From the IMG/VR virus record IMGVR_UViG_3300042290_000544: a stretch of DNA of 64,000 nucleotides. One strand, 5' to 3'. The stretch's first letter is position 1; every line of letters begins with the position of its first letter. The stretch comes from a virus. The notes under the pieces are model-generated. The model was not told the DNA's origin, ran no database searches, and saw only the letters and a program-made list of their open reading frames with translations. Positions 47,196 through 57,207 of this stretch are shown here, one piece after another. The position numbers and the translations under genes are program-made.

Positions 47196-48902
47196 TTAGT
47201 TACCAACCAGCTCGGAGAATTCAACACCAGTACGAGTGGCGATGAAATTCAGAGTGATATAGTTGATCGAACGTGCTGGCTTAATGTAAATTTCAGCACG
47301 GAATTCATTGCGGTCGATAATGTCACCAGTGTTATTGGTCTCATCGCATACAACTTTGAAATCAGTGATACCACGACGACCTTGAACATCACGGAGGAAT
47401 GGTTCGGTCATATTGCGGAACATCGCACGAGTGAATTCATCATTGAATTCAAACAGCTGGAATTTAGCAGCGGTAGAGATGGATTTCTCAAGAACGATAA
47501 ACAGACGGCGTACATTAATACGATCGAATGCAGATGGTTTGGCAAGAGCTGTTTTATCGCCGAAGAGAAGCGTACCTTGTCCTGGGAAGGAAACAATAGG
47601 ATTCACACGGGATTTATAGAGCGTGTCACGATCGGCTTGCTTTGGATTGAAAGCAATCTTAGTGACTCCGAGGATCTGACCACGATTGAAACCTGCTGGT
47701 GAGAACCAAGCATCGGCAACCTGATCGGCATTTGCGCAGAGACCGGCAACATGTCCGCAAGCTGGAATCCAACGGTAAACGTCATTATATTTGTCGTATA
47801 CCTTGAGCGCGGTCGAATCAATTACGGCGTATGATGTAGAAGTGAGCTCGTCTGCCCATTCCTTTACATCGGCCGCCGGAGTTGAAGTGCCGACGCTTGT
47901 TTCAATTGGAGGAGATACCAGTGCAATAGCATCTTTACGAGCTTCGCAGATTGCAATAAGTTCTTCGGCAATATCCGAATCATCTGCAACATCACCGGCG
48001 GTGAACAGAAGATTTACATCAACTGTTTCGGCATCGGAGAAGAGCTCAAGAGCGGTAATAACCTCAGCTTTTACTACAACTTCATTGATACCGCCAGATA
48101 GAGTGTAGGTAAGAGGAAGAGAACCGGTGGTGAAAGCCGCACCGTATTCAAGAGTCTGACCTGCATCTGAAAGAGCAACATCATGGTTCAACCAGTAAAC
48201 ATATTCCGAATTGTTATTCAGAACAGTCTTGTAGTAGTTTGAAGTACCATCAGCTTTAAGGGCATCAGATGCTTGAGAAACAAACTCAAACTTTTCGAGG
48301 ACGGTACCAGGAGTGCCCGACCATTTACCGTTGGTGTCAACGATAACGATATGGAGCTCATCTTTTGTGGTATCGGTTCCGGCATTAGCAGAAGTATCTG
48401 GAGCAGCAGAGAATCCGTTCTTATAGGTCCAAGCTGTAAAAGCTGTTGGGTTTGCTGGGCAAACAGAAACGGCCAGTGAATTGCCGAGTTCGCCAGGGAA
48501 CTTAGCACACCATTCACCAACGACTGGGTCGCCGGATCCGGTTGCAGCTCCATCTTCGAAGTTTTCTTCGTAGTGCGAGAGATTCTTAACTAGGAGACCG
48601 ACATCGCCGGCTGTTGCGTTAAGTGCTGTGTCAACGCCGTCCTTGCCTAATGCACGGACAACTTTGAGTGAATTACCGTACTTCAAGAAAGAAGCTGCGG
48701 TAAGGAATGAGCGTGCGGTAGCGTCAGTTGGTGATCCGAATACAGTAGCAAGTTCTTTTTCAGAACTTACCATGCGAATCTCTTCAACTGGTCCCCACGC
48801 GAATGCACCTGCATAGCCACCGATAGAGGTGGATACTGCTGGTACGACGTTTGTTAGGTCAATTTCTTGAACCTGAACTCCTGGTGATACTTGGAATGCC
48901 AT
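47196..48902 (-). CDS. gp18: Tail sheath protein
   Basis: SPGV...EIDLT, WFSPAGFNRG, FDRINVRRLF, KPARSIN. Confidence 0.97.
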   Translation of the reverse strand: MAFQVSPGVQVQEIDLTNVVPAVSTSIGGYAGAFAWGPVEEIRMVSSEKELATVFGSPTDATARSFLTAASFLKYGNSLKVVRALGKDGVDTALNATAGDVGLLVKNLSHYEENFEDGAATGSGDPVVGEWCAKFPGELGNSLAVSVCPANPTAFTAWTYKNGFSAAPDTSANAGTDTTKDELHIVIVDTNGKWSGTPGTVLEKFEFVSQASDALKADGTSNYYKTVLNNNSEYVYWLNHDVALSDAGQTLEYGAAFTTGSLPLTYTLSGGINEVVVKAEVITALELFSDAETVDVNLLFTAGDVADDSDIAEELIAICEARKDAIALVSPPIETSVGTSTPAADVKEWADELTSTSYAVIDSTALKVYDKYNDVYRWIPACGHVAGLCANADQVADAWFSPAGFNRGQILGVTKIAFNPKQADRDTLYKSRVNPIVSFPGQGTLLFGDKTALAKPSAFDRINVRRLFIVLEKSISTAAKFQLFEFNDEFTRAMFRNMTEPFLRDVQGRRGITDFKVVCDETNNTGDIIDRNEFRAEIYIKPARSINYITLNFIATRTGVEFSELVGN

Positions 48903-48962
48903 TAGTTTGTCCTCGTCAAATTTTGAGTTATAAGGTTGTAATAATACGGATGTTCAATGATC

Positions 48963-48974
48963 TATTTATAAATA
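48963..48974. promoter_or_regulatory. Late promoter for gp18 (palindromic TATTTATAAATA)
   Basis: TATAAATA readable on both strands. Confidence 0.75.
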
Positions 48975-48981
48975 GAAGGAT

Positions 48982-50592
48982 TTAGAACAATCCGGTATTA
49001 TACGACTGAGCCCAGACCTCTCCACCTTCGACGGTGTATTTTGGTTTTGTATCTTCAACGGCTGAAAAGTAACCGACCGGAACAAGTTCATCCTCAATGT
49101 TTTTAAGTCTATCTGAATAGAGCATATGCTTCAGATTAATGTCGGACATGTTGATAAAGAAATCGGTTGCCACAAACCATGCAAACAGCACGAGAGTCAT
49201 TACGGTATCATCATGGTTGCCGTCGGATGCTTCATATGAGCTACCGTCCTCAACAAAGGTGCTTAACTCTGAAATGGTATCTGGATCCACGACCTTTAGT
49301 TTCTTTTGCTCGATAAGATCCTTGAGGTTACTGCAACCAATACGTTTTGTTTTCTTTGTGGTGGTAATACCGATGGCTCCATGCTTCACGATGGATTCCA
49401 CAAACATATTCTCATACTCTAGGTCATAATAGAGACCATTACATACCACGGATCCCTGGTCGTTCGATTCGACCACGACATACGCATTGTTATAGTTCTT
49501 TGCATACTTATAGATCACATTCGGAAACAACAGCGGTGACATGAGATTGTCTCTGAATGTGCACACGGTATAGAATGGCTGCACCGAAACATCGAAGATG
49601 GTAAAGGTAGAAAAGTCCTGTCCTCTTCCCTTTGCCACGTCTACCGTCATCACGTAACGATGGTCGGAGATAGGTTTCTCATAGACCTTTACATTGTTCT
49701 GAGTATAGATTGCGGGCTCAGATTTTAATGCAAGAAGATTCTCGGCATTAATCAGCGTCGAGCCTGTACCATGAAAGGAATTACCATACTCTTGCTCGAA
49801 TTGCAGCGGCGATGTGTTGGCAATTGTCTGATTCTTCCATTTCTCATCACGACCCGGAACGTCGAACCAGTCCACGCGGAACGGTTTGTACTCACTAACT
49901 CCTTGAACCGCACTCTCCCAAAGACGGTGGAATGTATTTCCGACACCGTTTGCCGTAGAGGTAATAATGACCTTGGACGTAGTACCCGATGTAATTACTG
50001 GGTATGTTGAGGTATAAAAGGTTGCTGCATTTTCAACAAAGGCAAATTCATCAAGGAACAATAGATTGATGGAGAGACCGCGGATCGAAGATCCAGAGGT
50101 TGCTGCGGCAATGATGCGCGAGTTGTTACTAAACTCGATTGAACCCTTATTCAAGGCGCGACAGCCCGGTTGTAGAAAGAATGGAAGGTTTTCAAGCGCA
50201 AGAGTAATACGTGCCAACATTTCACGCGCCGTCGAACCTTTATTGGCGAGGACTGCGATCGTCTTGTCGGGTTGGAATACTGCGTACCAAAGAATGTAGA
50301 TGACCGAGCTAATTGACTTGCCCGACTGGCGACACGCAAGAACAATGGAAAATCTATTATCAGTAAAATGGCTAAACATTTTTTCCTGATACGAATAAGG
50401 TTTAAATGGAACCAAGCCTCGATCCAAAGAAATTACCTTCACGTACTTCTTTGCAAAGTAAATCGGGTCCTTCATGCACTTGAGGTACTCGTTTACTTCT
50501 TCATTCGTGAATTGCTGTTGAACGCCATCACGCTTGACCATCGGGTTACCGAGGTACCCCATCTCAGCATTTTTAAGGTGCATTTGTGACAT
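48982..50592 (-). CDS. gp17: Terminase large subunit
   Basis: CRQSGKS, LDEFAF, STANG, DVAKGRGQDFS, HDD. Confidence 0.97.
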   Translation of the reverse strand: MSQMHLKNAEMGYLGNPMVKRDGVQQQFTNEEVNEYLKCMKDPIYFAKKYVKVISLDRGLVPFKPYSYQEKMFSHFTDNRFSIVLACRQSGKSISSVIYILWYAVFQPDKTIAVLANKGSTAREMLARITLALENLPFFLQPGCRALNKGSIEFSNNSRIIAAATSGSSIRGLSINLLFLDEFAFVENAATFYTSTYPVITSGTTSKVIITSTANGVGNTFHRLWESAVQGVSEYKPFRVDWFDVPGRDEKWKNQTIANTSPLQFEQEYGNSFHGTGSTLINAENLLALKSEPAIYTQNNVKVYEKPISDHRYVMTVDVAKGRGQDFSTFTIFDVSVQPFYTVCTFRDNLMSPLLFPNVIYKYAKNYNNAYVVVESNDQGSVVCNGLYYDLEYENMFVESIVKHGAIGITTTKKTKRIGCSNLKDLIEQKKLKVVDPDTISELSTFVEDGSSYEASDGNHDDTVMTLVLFAWFVATDFFINMSDINLKHMLYSDRLKNIEDELVPVGYFSAVEDTKPKYTVEGGEVWAQSYNTGLF

Positions 50593-51007
50593 TCTTTTCG
50601 AGAGTTTGAGAGATTAAATGTTTCTGTAAATCTGTAACGGAACCCAGAAACACATTGTTGTTTGTAACGCTACCAGTGGGACCCGTCGGAACTTCGCCTT
50701 TTTCTTTCTTTTTAACTTCCTTCTTCTGCTTCTGAAGTGCCATGAGCTTATCCGTCATGTCGGAAGTGTTCTTGAGCATATTGCTCAGTACCTCAAATGC
50801 GCGTGGATGTTCCGACTGTAACGCAAGTTCCATCATACCATCAATCGCCTTATTCGACTTATCCACGAGGTCCTTATATGTCTCACGCGAAAATTTGTAA
50901 TCGTCCTCAATCTCCCTATCCTGTTTTACTTCTGCAGTAATAGGAGCCACCGGAACAGCCGGTAAATGGTGTTCCAAGTTCTTTAAGAGTTCTTCGCTTT
51001 TGCTCAT
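50573..51007 (-). CDS. gp16: Terminase small subunit
   Basis: DYKFSR, HPRAFEV, NNNVFLGS.TDLQK. Confidence 0.92.
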   Translation of the reverse strand: MSKSEELLKNLEHHLPAVPVAPITAEVKQDREIEDDYKFSRETYKDLVDKSNKAIDGMMELALQSEHPRAFEVLSNMLKNTSDMTDKLMALQKQKKEVKKKEKGEVPTGPTGSVTNNNVFLGSVTDLQKHLISQTLEKNVTNAP

Positions 51008-51022
51008 AATAAAATTGAGTGC

Positions 51023-51793
51023 TTAAGGATTGGGTTCGTTAAACCCAAAATCCGTAATTGTCTGAACTATGGTATAGTCGTCGGGTGTGTCCTCAATGGA
51101 ACCTAAGATTGTGTTGATATTTACATCGATCTTATCGTTTTGATTTGTAAGCAGGTTCACATCTGATACCTTAATTATTGCCTTATTTGAAACTGGTCCA
51201 TAGAAACGGATGCGCGTCTCAAAGTCCAAAGTATAGATAATTGCTCTGCGTTGAACAAAATCGCCTTCGTAGGTATCTTCCATGTTTACCGTTGTGAGCA
51301 CAAACGGAAGGTCGGTCGTAAGATTTACCGAATCCAGCTCCTTGATTGTAACGGTATATTCGGGCTGAAAATATGGCAGAATCTGTTCAAGGATCTGAAG
51401 AGCATCGTCCTGATTCTTTGCCATAATTGAGAGCTGGAAGTTCATTCTGTACGGAGCAAAGGTCCGTACGATATGCTTCGTAAGTGTATCGCCCGCATCA
51501 ATCGAGGTTACAACATTATTGCGGTTGATCTTTGTTGTCGCATCATACACAATGTTTGTAATCTCAAACGACATACGCGGTAGCTTCATTGCGACCTTAT
51601 TGTCCTGAAGGTCCTTCTGTTCGTCGAGACGCTGAAGGAACTTGGCTTTGGGACCATACGAAAGCGGAACACGCACCGAATGCACTACGTGACCCGATTG
51701 GTCTTTGCGTATTACATTGATGTTATTGAAGATTGTTCCGAAGACCGAAACAACTCTACGAATATGGGAATGATAAAAGTGTCCGCTTGTCAT
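51023..51793 (-). CDS. gp15: Tail sheath stabiliser / terminator
   Basis: FGTIFNNI, VPLSYGPK.KFL, LPRMSFE, QILPYFQP. Confidence 0.93.
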   Translation of the reverse strand: MTSGHFYHSHIRRVVSVFGTIFNNINVIRKDQSGHVVHSVRVPLSYGPKAKFLQRLDEQKDLQDNKVAMKLPRMSFEITNIVYDATTKINRNNVVTSIDAGDTLTKHIVRTFAPYRMNFQLSIMAKNQDDALQILEQILPYFQPEYTVTIKELDSVNLTTDLPFVLTTVNMEDTYEGDFVQRRAIIYTLDFETRIRFYGPVSNKAIIKVSDVNLLTNQNDKIDVNINTILGSIEDTPDDYTIVQTITDFGFNEPNP

Positions 51794-51796
51794 AGA

Positions 51797-52963
51797 TTAA
51801 AGAGCGGCAATTCTTGTTTTAAAGTCGGCAAAATCTGTACTATCTGCAACCAATGTTTTTAATCCGGATATGCTAATGAATTGTGATTCACCAGTGCTGT
51901 CTAAAATGTCGCCGGCAGCAGGTAATGTTAAATCTCCATCAGTGTCAAATCTCCAATTTTTAGTATTTGTGTTGGTACCAATGACAACATCGCCGCCGTT
52001 CTTTTCGATCTTAACAAACTGGTCATCGTCACCAAGATAGATATCGGTTGTTACGGAATTGCCCGAGATTAAATGTACGTGACTGTGTTCCGAATTACTG
52101 ATGTTATTGTTTGTTACGGTAACAAAGGTACCTTCAGGCATTGCATTAAATTCAAAATTATAATATAATGCCGGATCATTTTCAGTTTGATAATCTGTCG
52201 AACGAGTACCATTAACAGTAGTTAGAGTAAAAGTGAATTCGGTAATGTCACTATTGGCGGGTATGGTCCAGGTGACCGTTTCGGCAATAGGTCCTGTAGT
52301 TCCGTCAAAAACTACATTACCAGTAAGAGCCCGCCCCAATGATTGTTGTGTTACACCGGTACCACCAATTTCATAATTAACAGTTCCAAAATAATTTCCT
52401 TGCGAAAGCTGATTGACCGAGATTGTAATTGGGCTACCATACACAATGTAACCACTCGAAGTGACTAACCATGTCGACGATGTAGGACGAATTACTAAAC
52501 TTTGTCCGGCAGCTGCTCCGGGTGGTGTAATTACAATTGTAGTAGCCGTATCAGTTATATTAGCGCCTTCGGGGAATGTAAGTTCGCCCGTAGCATTGAG
52601 CACAACTTCATAACTGCCATTAATTAATCTATCTTCCGTTGCACGTGTTCCTTGTGCACCAGTAATACCCTGGACACCTTGAGCACCTTGAAGTCCTTGT
52701 ACACCTTGTGTACCTTGAGCTCCGTTAGATCCCACGAATCCTGCGGTACCTTGAATTCCCTGAGCTCCAGTGATACCTTGAGCTCCAGTGATACCCTGAC
52801 GCCCTTGAATTCCCTGAGTGCCTTGCGCACCTTGTACTCCTTGCACCGCGCCTAGGTTATACAGTTCGGTAAAATTGGCATTGGCCTTTGTGAAGGCTGC
52901 ACGAATTGTGTCGCCCGTTCTATCGTTGGCGACTGTTCCTGTTAAAATAGTTTGCTTTGCCAT
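51797..52963 (-). CDS. Fibre-like structural protein with gp9/gp10-type N-terminus and collagen-like segment
   Basis: ANDRTGDTIRAAFTKANANFTELY, G-X-Q repeats, C-terminal DFADFKTRIAAL. Confidence 0.7.
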   Translation of the reverse strand: MAKQTILTGTVANDRTGDTIRAAFTKANANFTELYNLGAVQGVQGAQGTQGIQGRQGITGAQGITGAQGIQGTAGFVGSNGAQGTQGVQGLQGAQGVQGITGAQGTRATEDRLINGSYEVVLNATGELTFPEGANITDTATTIVITPPGAAAGQSLVIRPTSSTWLVTSSGYIVYGSPITISVNQLSQGNYFGTVNYEIGGTGVTQQSLGRALTGNVVFDGTTGPIAETVTWTIPANSDITEFTFTLTTVNGTRSTDYQTENDPALYYNFEFNAMPEGTFVTVTNNNISNSEHSHVHLISGNSVTTDIYLGDDDQFVKIEKNGGDVVIGTNTNTKNWRFDTDGDLTLPAAGDILDSTGESQFISISGLKTLVADSTDFADFKTRIAAL

Positions 52964-52964
52964 G

Positions 52965-54005
52965 TTATTGGGTATCGGCTGTTAGTGTTGTAGAGTCTGC
53001 GTAGATTCCTGTTGAATCTGCACGGTAAGATGAATTTGAGGGAATGAGAGGCGGCTCCGAGAAACCAATCTCACCGAATGGATTGTTTTCAGTAAAGTCG
53101 ATAATGTCGAGTCCTTGTTTCTCAAAATCATAGTTCTGTGCTCCCTCGGCATTACCGTTAAATGTAAGATTCTCGCTTGCGGTATCAAGATCGTATACCT
53201 TTGTAATGTCCCATTCTGCGCCACTGGTAAGACCGACAAGAGGTCCAAGACCAAACCTGCCAAAGTTGCCGTTGCTCATCCGAATCTCTCCGAGACCTAT
53301 ACGGAGTTCACTATTTGGATTCTCTGGAACTATTTGGTTGAAGCGTAGTACCTTACCAAAGATTTCAACCGCATCGGTAGATTGAGTTGCAGGAGAAACA
53401 ATTTGTTTTACAGTCTCGCCAATGACAAAGTTAGTTTCATTTGAATTCTCAATAGCAAAGAAATACTCGGTCGCAAATTTCTCTTGAATAGAATCAATCT
53501 CCTTGATACCCGTAGAGAAGTCCTCGTCGGAGTATTCAAACATCTCGCATTGCAGCTTGTAGACCGGAACCTTTGAGAGTTGATAGAACGGAGATTTGTG
53601 TTCAACAAACTTAATGACAAAGAACGAACGAGTGAGCGGGAAGAAGATAAGGTCGCCTTCATTCGGCCGACCCGAAACAATCTCATTATTGTAGAGACCA
53701 ATAAGTTTTTCCCATTGACGCTTTGAAACTACAAAGGTCGCTTGGTCACGAATCTCAAGACCAAACTTTGTGAACAGTGTACCATCTCCGTCAAATCCAT
53801 CCACATTCTCAAGGTACATTTCAATAACATATGCCTCTGTGAATTTTGATTCGATGTCCTCATTTAAAATCATATCACGCGAGACCATACTACGAGGAAT
53901 GTAGTACATCTCGTGACCGTATATCTTGAGTGCTTCTGTAACTAAATCTTCATAAAGATTCTGTTCAGACTTCGCACCCTGCGAAAAATAAACATTACGC
54001 GGCAT
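52965..54005 (-). CDS. gp14: Neck / head completion protein
   Basis: EQNL.EDL..E.LKIYG, KFGLEIRD, RPNEGDLIFFP, NPFGE. Confidence 0.93.
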   Translation of the reverse strand: MPRNVYFSQGAKSEQNLYEDLVTEALKIYGHEMYYIPRSMVSRDMILNEDIESKFTEAYVIEMYLENVDGFDGDGTLFTKFGLEIRDQATFVVSKRQWEKLIGLYNNEIVSGRPNEGDLIFFPLTRSFFVIKFVEHKSPFYQLSKVPVYKLQCEMFEYSDEDFSTGIKEIDSIQEKFATEYFFAIENSNETNFVIGETVKQIVSPATQSTDAVEIFGKVLRFNQIVPENPNSELRIGLGEIRMSNGNFGRFGLGPLVGLTSGAEWDITKVYDLDTASENLTFNGNAEGAQNYDFEKQGLDIIDFTENNPFGEIGFSEPPLIPSNSSYRADSTGIYADSTTLTADTQ

Positions 54006-54008
54006 AAA

Positions 54009-54767
54009 TTAACCAACAAGAAAATCCACTGGCTTTGCGTATCTGAGTTCCATGTCAATCTCAAGTTTTTCAATTTCTGCATTGGCATCTTCAAGAATCT
54101 TCATGCCATTCATCGTGACGCCGCCTGGAAGTTGCATACCTTCAAACTTGCTCATATTCTGACCCCATTGACGCTTGATCAATGCCGTGGCATATTTCTT
54201 GAGGAACATATCGTTGTACACCTTGGTGTGCGCACCAGAACCATCTCTCTCAAGAGTTTCATATGCCTCAATAATGATCCAATCTCCCACGGCAATAGTG
54301 TAAGAGAAGTCCATATCAATGAACAAACGATTCATATGGCGGTTAAACCGGATCGGAGGAACACCATTCAGAATCATATCCAGCATCTCAAGGAACTGAC
54401 GGGTCTCAACGTAATTCACCAATGCTCCTGCATACTGAAGATCATAAATGTCATTCAAATGCATTTGGTAACGCGCCGACCACATACCCGATGAATTGGA
54501 TGAGTTGTTGTTGAGTGGTAGCACTCTTGTAATAAACAAGCAGCTATCCGGAAGGTCAACATATTTCTGTGCCGCAATTTCGGTGGTCACCTGAACCTTA
54601 CGATACGTTTTGAGCGTAGCGTCCATATGATATTCGTTCCAGAATTGGAACGCCTCGTCGATACGGTCATTTACCTGATCGTCATCAACATTAATCTCCA
54701 GAACAGGAGCGCCGAGCGAACGGAGGCAATAGTCAATTAATTCTTGTCTAGATGATGGTGCAGGCAT
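54009..54767 (-). CDS. gp13: Neck protein
   Basis: YCLRSLGAPVLEINV, KRQWGQNMSKF...LPGGV; late promoter at 54774-54781. Confidence 0.95.
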   Translation of the reverse strand: MPAPSSRQELIDYCLRSLGAPVLEINVDDDQVNDRIDEAFQFWNEYHMDATLKTYRKVQVTTEIAAQKYVDLPDSCLFITRVLPLNNNSSNSSGMWSARYQMHLNDIYDLQYAGALVNYVETRQFLEMLDMILNGVPPIRFNRHMNRLFIDMDFSYTIAVGDWIIIEAYETLERDGSGAHTKVYNDMFLKKYATALIKRQWGQNMSKFEGMQLPGGVTMNGMKILEDANAEIEKLEIDMELRYAKPVDFLVG

Positions 54768-54822
54768 ATCATCTATTTATATGTTTCTACCACTTACCTA
54801 TTGGGCACTTTAAAGACGTAAA

Positions 54823-55101
54823 TCATACCTTCTTTTCAAGTCTTTCAATCCGTATTAGAATGTCCTTTATGGATTCTATAAGAACTGTGGTGATTCGCTT
54901 ATAATCAATTTCATTTGGGCGACCTGAAGAATCCAAAGAAACAACCTCGGGAAGTATTTTTGCGACCTCTTCGGCAATGAGACCCAGCTCATTCTTTTTA
55001 GAGTTGTCGACAAGATCGTATTTTACGCCTCTAAGATTTTTTACAATCCTCGAGGCATTTTCTAAGGTCTTAACATTCTTTTTATAACGAATAGAATCCA
55101 T
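54823..55101 (-). CDS. Stand-alone S74-type intramolecular chaperone domain
   Basis: DS.RYKKNV, LRGV.Y, GLIAEEV..ILPEVV, DY, LIESIK; AGAGG SD upstream. Confidence 0.75.
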   Translation of the reverse strand: MDSIRYKKNVKTLENASRIVKNLRGVKYDLVDNSKKNELGLIAEEVAKILPEVVSLDSSGRPNEIDYKRITTVLIESIKDILIRIERLEKKV

Positions 55102-55124
55102 TCATCAAATAACCTCTTACCCTA

Positions 55125-55499
55125 TTAAGGAGTTGCCGGAGGGGTATTAGTTGTTGGAGGCGACCAAGGAAAATTACCAGAAGATACTTCGGTTTCTGGA
55201 TTCTTCTTGGCATCAATCTGTTTTTGAATCTGTTCGTTCACGTGAGTTTCATAGCTACCGGTAACAACAGCTTGAATCCAACCGAGAACCTGAGCTTCGG
55301 TGAGGGTTTCAAATGAGATGAAGGTTGCTGGATCGCCATCGGCTTCCGGAGTGAATGGAGTTGCGCCAGAAAATTCTCCGACAAGACCATTTTCATCGGT
55401 ACCAATTTTCTTCCAGTAAGTTTGTGCAACAAAGTCGGTAAGGTTACCAACGTTCTTTTTCTTGAGGGAAGTGAGTTCCCAGGTATATGTAATTGCCAT
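55125..55499 (-). CDS. Tail-fibre-associated small protein (MAITYTW family)
   Basis: YTW, F..LTE.QVLGW, PW; late promoter at 55513-55520. Confidence 0.7.
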   Translation of the reverse strand: MAITYTWELTSLKKKNVGNLTDFVAQTYWKKIGTDENGLVGEFSGATPFTPEADGDPATFISFETLTEAQVLGWIQAVVTGSYETHVNEQIQKQIDAKKNPETEVSSGNFPWSPPTTNTPPATP

Positions 55500-55525
55500 A
55501 AGTTTGTACTCCTATTTATAAGTGT

Positions 55526-55870
55526 TTAAGTAGATTGTATTTCCGTCCAATTTATAGTAGATTCATTCCAGTTATATTTCTTTCCATCTTGCGGGTAGGG
55601 TATGGGTGGAAACCAATTGCAGGTTTCTTCGTCGAGCACCCATGAATCAAAAGGCTTTTTAGGAATGAAAGCATCTCTTTGTGAATCATAAGTGTAATCT
55701 ATTCCTGCGTAATTTTTTCTAATAGTTCCATTATAACTTGTTTGAATCCAAGTTCCTCCAAGTTTAAGGTCAATAGCTAAAAACTCTTGTCCGCGATGCT
55801 GTTCTTCATCGGGAACAACAAGAACTCTTAATACTAGATTTTGCGAATTAATTTCTGCGAAGTGTGCCAT
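55526..55870 (-). CDS. Conserved phage protein (MAHFA family), tail-associated
   Basis: MAHFAEI, WIQTSYN...RKNYAGI..TYD..RDAFI.PKP..SW. Confidence 0.75.
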   Translation of the reverse strand: MAHFAEINSQNLVLRVLVVPDEEQHRGQEFLAIDLKLGGTWIQTSYNGTIRKNYAGIDYTYDSQRDAFIPKKPFDSWVLDEETCNWFPPIPYPQDGKKYNWNESTINWTEIQST

Positions 55871-55880
55871 AAAATTTTTA

Positions 55881-56834
55881 TTAAGCTCCTAGGTAACTAA
55901 TGATAACGACTCCAGAACCTCCGTTTTGTCCGCTGTTAGAATTTGTTCCGCCACCGCCACCACCTCCAGTTCCAGATTGGCCAGCCGTTGCGCCAACGTC
56001 ACTTTGCCCTATACCACCAGTGCCACCACCTCCAGAACCACCGGCTCCTCCAACATAATATCCAGAGCCGCCACCGCCTCCAGCGTAAGCTGTACTAGTT
56101 CCTGAAATATCATAAGAAAGACCAGATCCGCCAGCTCCTCCTTGAAGATTTCCATCAACAGCGTTTCCGCCTACAGCTCCTGCGCCACCACCGCCCCCAC
56201 GCCCCCACGGACTTCCTTCTCCTCCGTTATTTCCACTGCCACCTCCATCAGCCAAACCTATAGCAAAATTAGCTTGAGCGGCGCCACCGCCAGAACCTCC
56301 GTTACCGCCTCCGTTATTTCCGAAAGCTCCACCGCCACCGCCGCTTGAGCTAGAAATAGAGGCAAAAGAAGATCCTGATCCAGTAGCTCCAGAGCCTCCG
56401 TCACCACGCGCAGCTCCACCGCCACCGCCGCCAATTGTTACAGCGTAACTTCCAGCCGAAATTGAGTATGACCCACTATATCTTAATCCGCCAGCTCCAC
56501 CGCCGGCTCCGAAAAAGCCAGAAGCTCCGCCGCCACCGCCGCCTCCAGCAACTACTAAATATCTTATTGTAGCTCCAGAAGGAACAGATGAAACCGTGAA
56601 AGTTCCAGAAGAAGTAAATGTATGTATCTTATATCCGCCGCTTGTAGTTACTGTGCCGCCAGTAGCTGAAATGGAATTACTCTTACCACGAAGATTGTCC
56701 ATGGAAATTGTACCGCTTGCAACTCCCGCAAGTGTACGTACAATGGTATCATTTAATGAAATGTTCGTATTAGACGCCCGACCTAGCTCCGTATTGACGT
56801 CACTCATTGAAATTGTGCCTGTTGGTGTTGGCAT
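55881..56834 (-). CDS. Glycine-rich adhesin-like tail protein
   Basis: G.ISMSDVNTELG N-terminus, IHTFTSSGTF, YLVVAGGGGG, GGSGVVIISY. Confidence 0.75.
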   Translation of the reverse strand: MPTPTGTISMSDVNTELGRASNTNISLNDTIVRTLAGVASGTISMDNLRGKSNSISATGGTVTTSGGYKIHTFTSSGTFTVSSVPSGATIRYLVVAGGGGGGGASGFFGAGGGAGGLRYSGSYSISAGSYAVTIGGGGGGAARGDGGSGATGSGSSFASISSSSGGGGGAFGNNGGGNGGSGGGAAQANFAIGLADGGGSGNNGGEGSPWGRGGGGGAGAVGGNAVDGNLQGGAGGSGLSYDISGTSTAYAGGGGGSGYYVGGAGGSGGGGTGGIGQSDVGATAGQSGTGGGGGGGTNSNSGQNGGSGVVIISYLGA

Positions 56835-56837
56835 AGA

Positions 56838-57203
56838 TTAATTAGTTGCAGCCCAAGGAAAACTGTTAGAATCAATTGAAGTAGAAGTCTTCGGCGCCTT
56901 TTGATGATCAATTGAGGCTTGAATCTGTGAATCGATAAAGGTCATATCGTCCGAAGTAATCGTACTTTGTATCCAAGTGAGAACCTGAGTCTCGGTAAGA
57001 TTGTTCAGTGGAGTAAAATTGCCAGTTGCATTTAATGCCGCGATTTCTTCTAAACTAAATTTAGTACAACCGGGATAGCGACCCGTGGATCCAGTCGCAT
57101 CGGTACCAGTTTTCGACCAATGGATTTCAGTAACGGCATTTTCAACACCCATTTTAGACTGGGTGTGCATCATATCAATTTTCCAAGTATATGTAATAGC
57201 CAT
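56838..57203 (-). CDS. Tail-fibre-associated small protein (second MAITYTW paralogue)
   Basis: Paralogue of 55125-55499. Confidence 0.7.
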   Translation of the reverse strand: MAITYTWKIDMMHTQSKMGVENAVTEIHWSKTGTDATGSTGRYPGCTKFSLEEIAALNATGNFTPLNNLTETQVLTWIQSTITSDDMTFIDSQIQASIDHQKAPKTSTSIDSNSFPWAATN

Positions 57204-57207
57204 AAAA

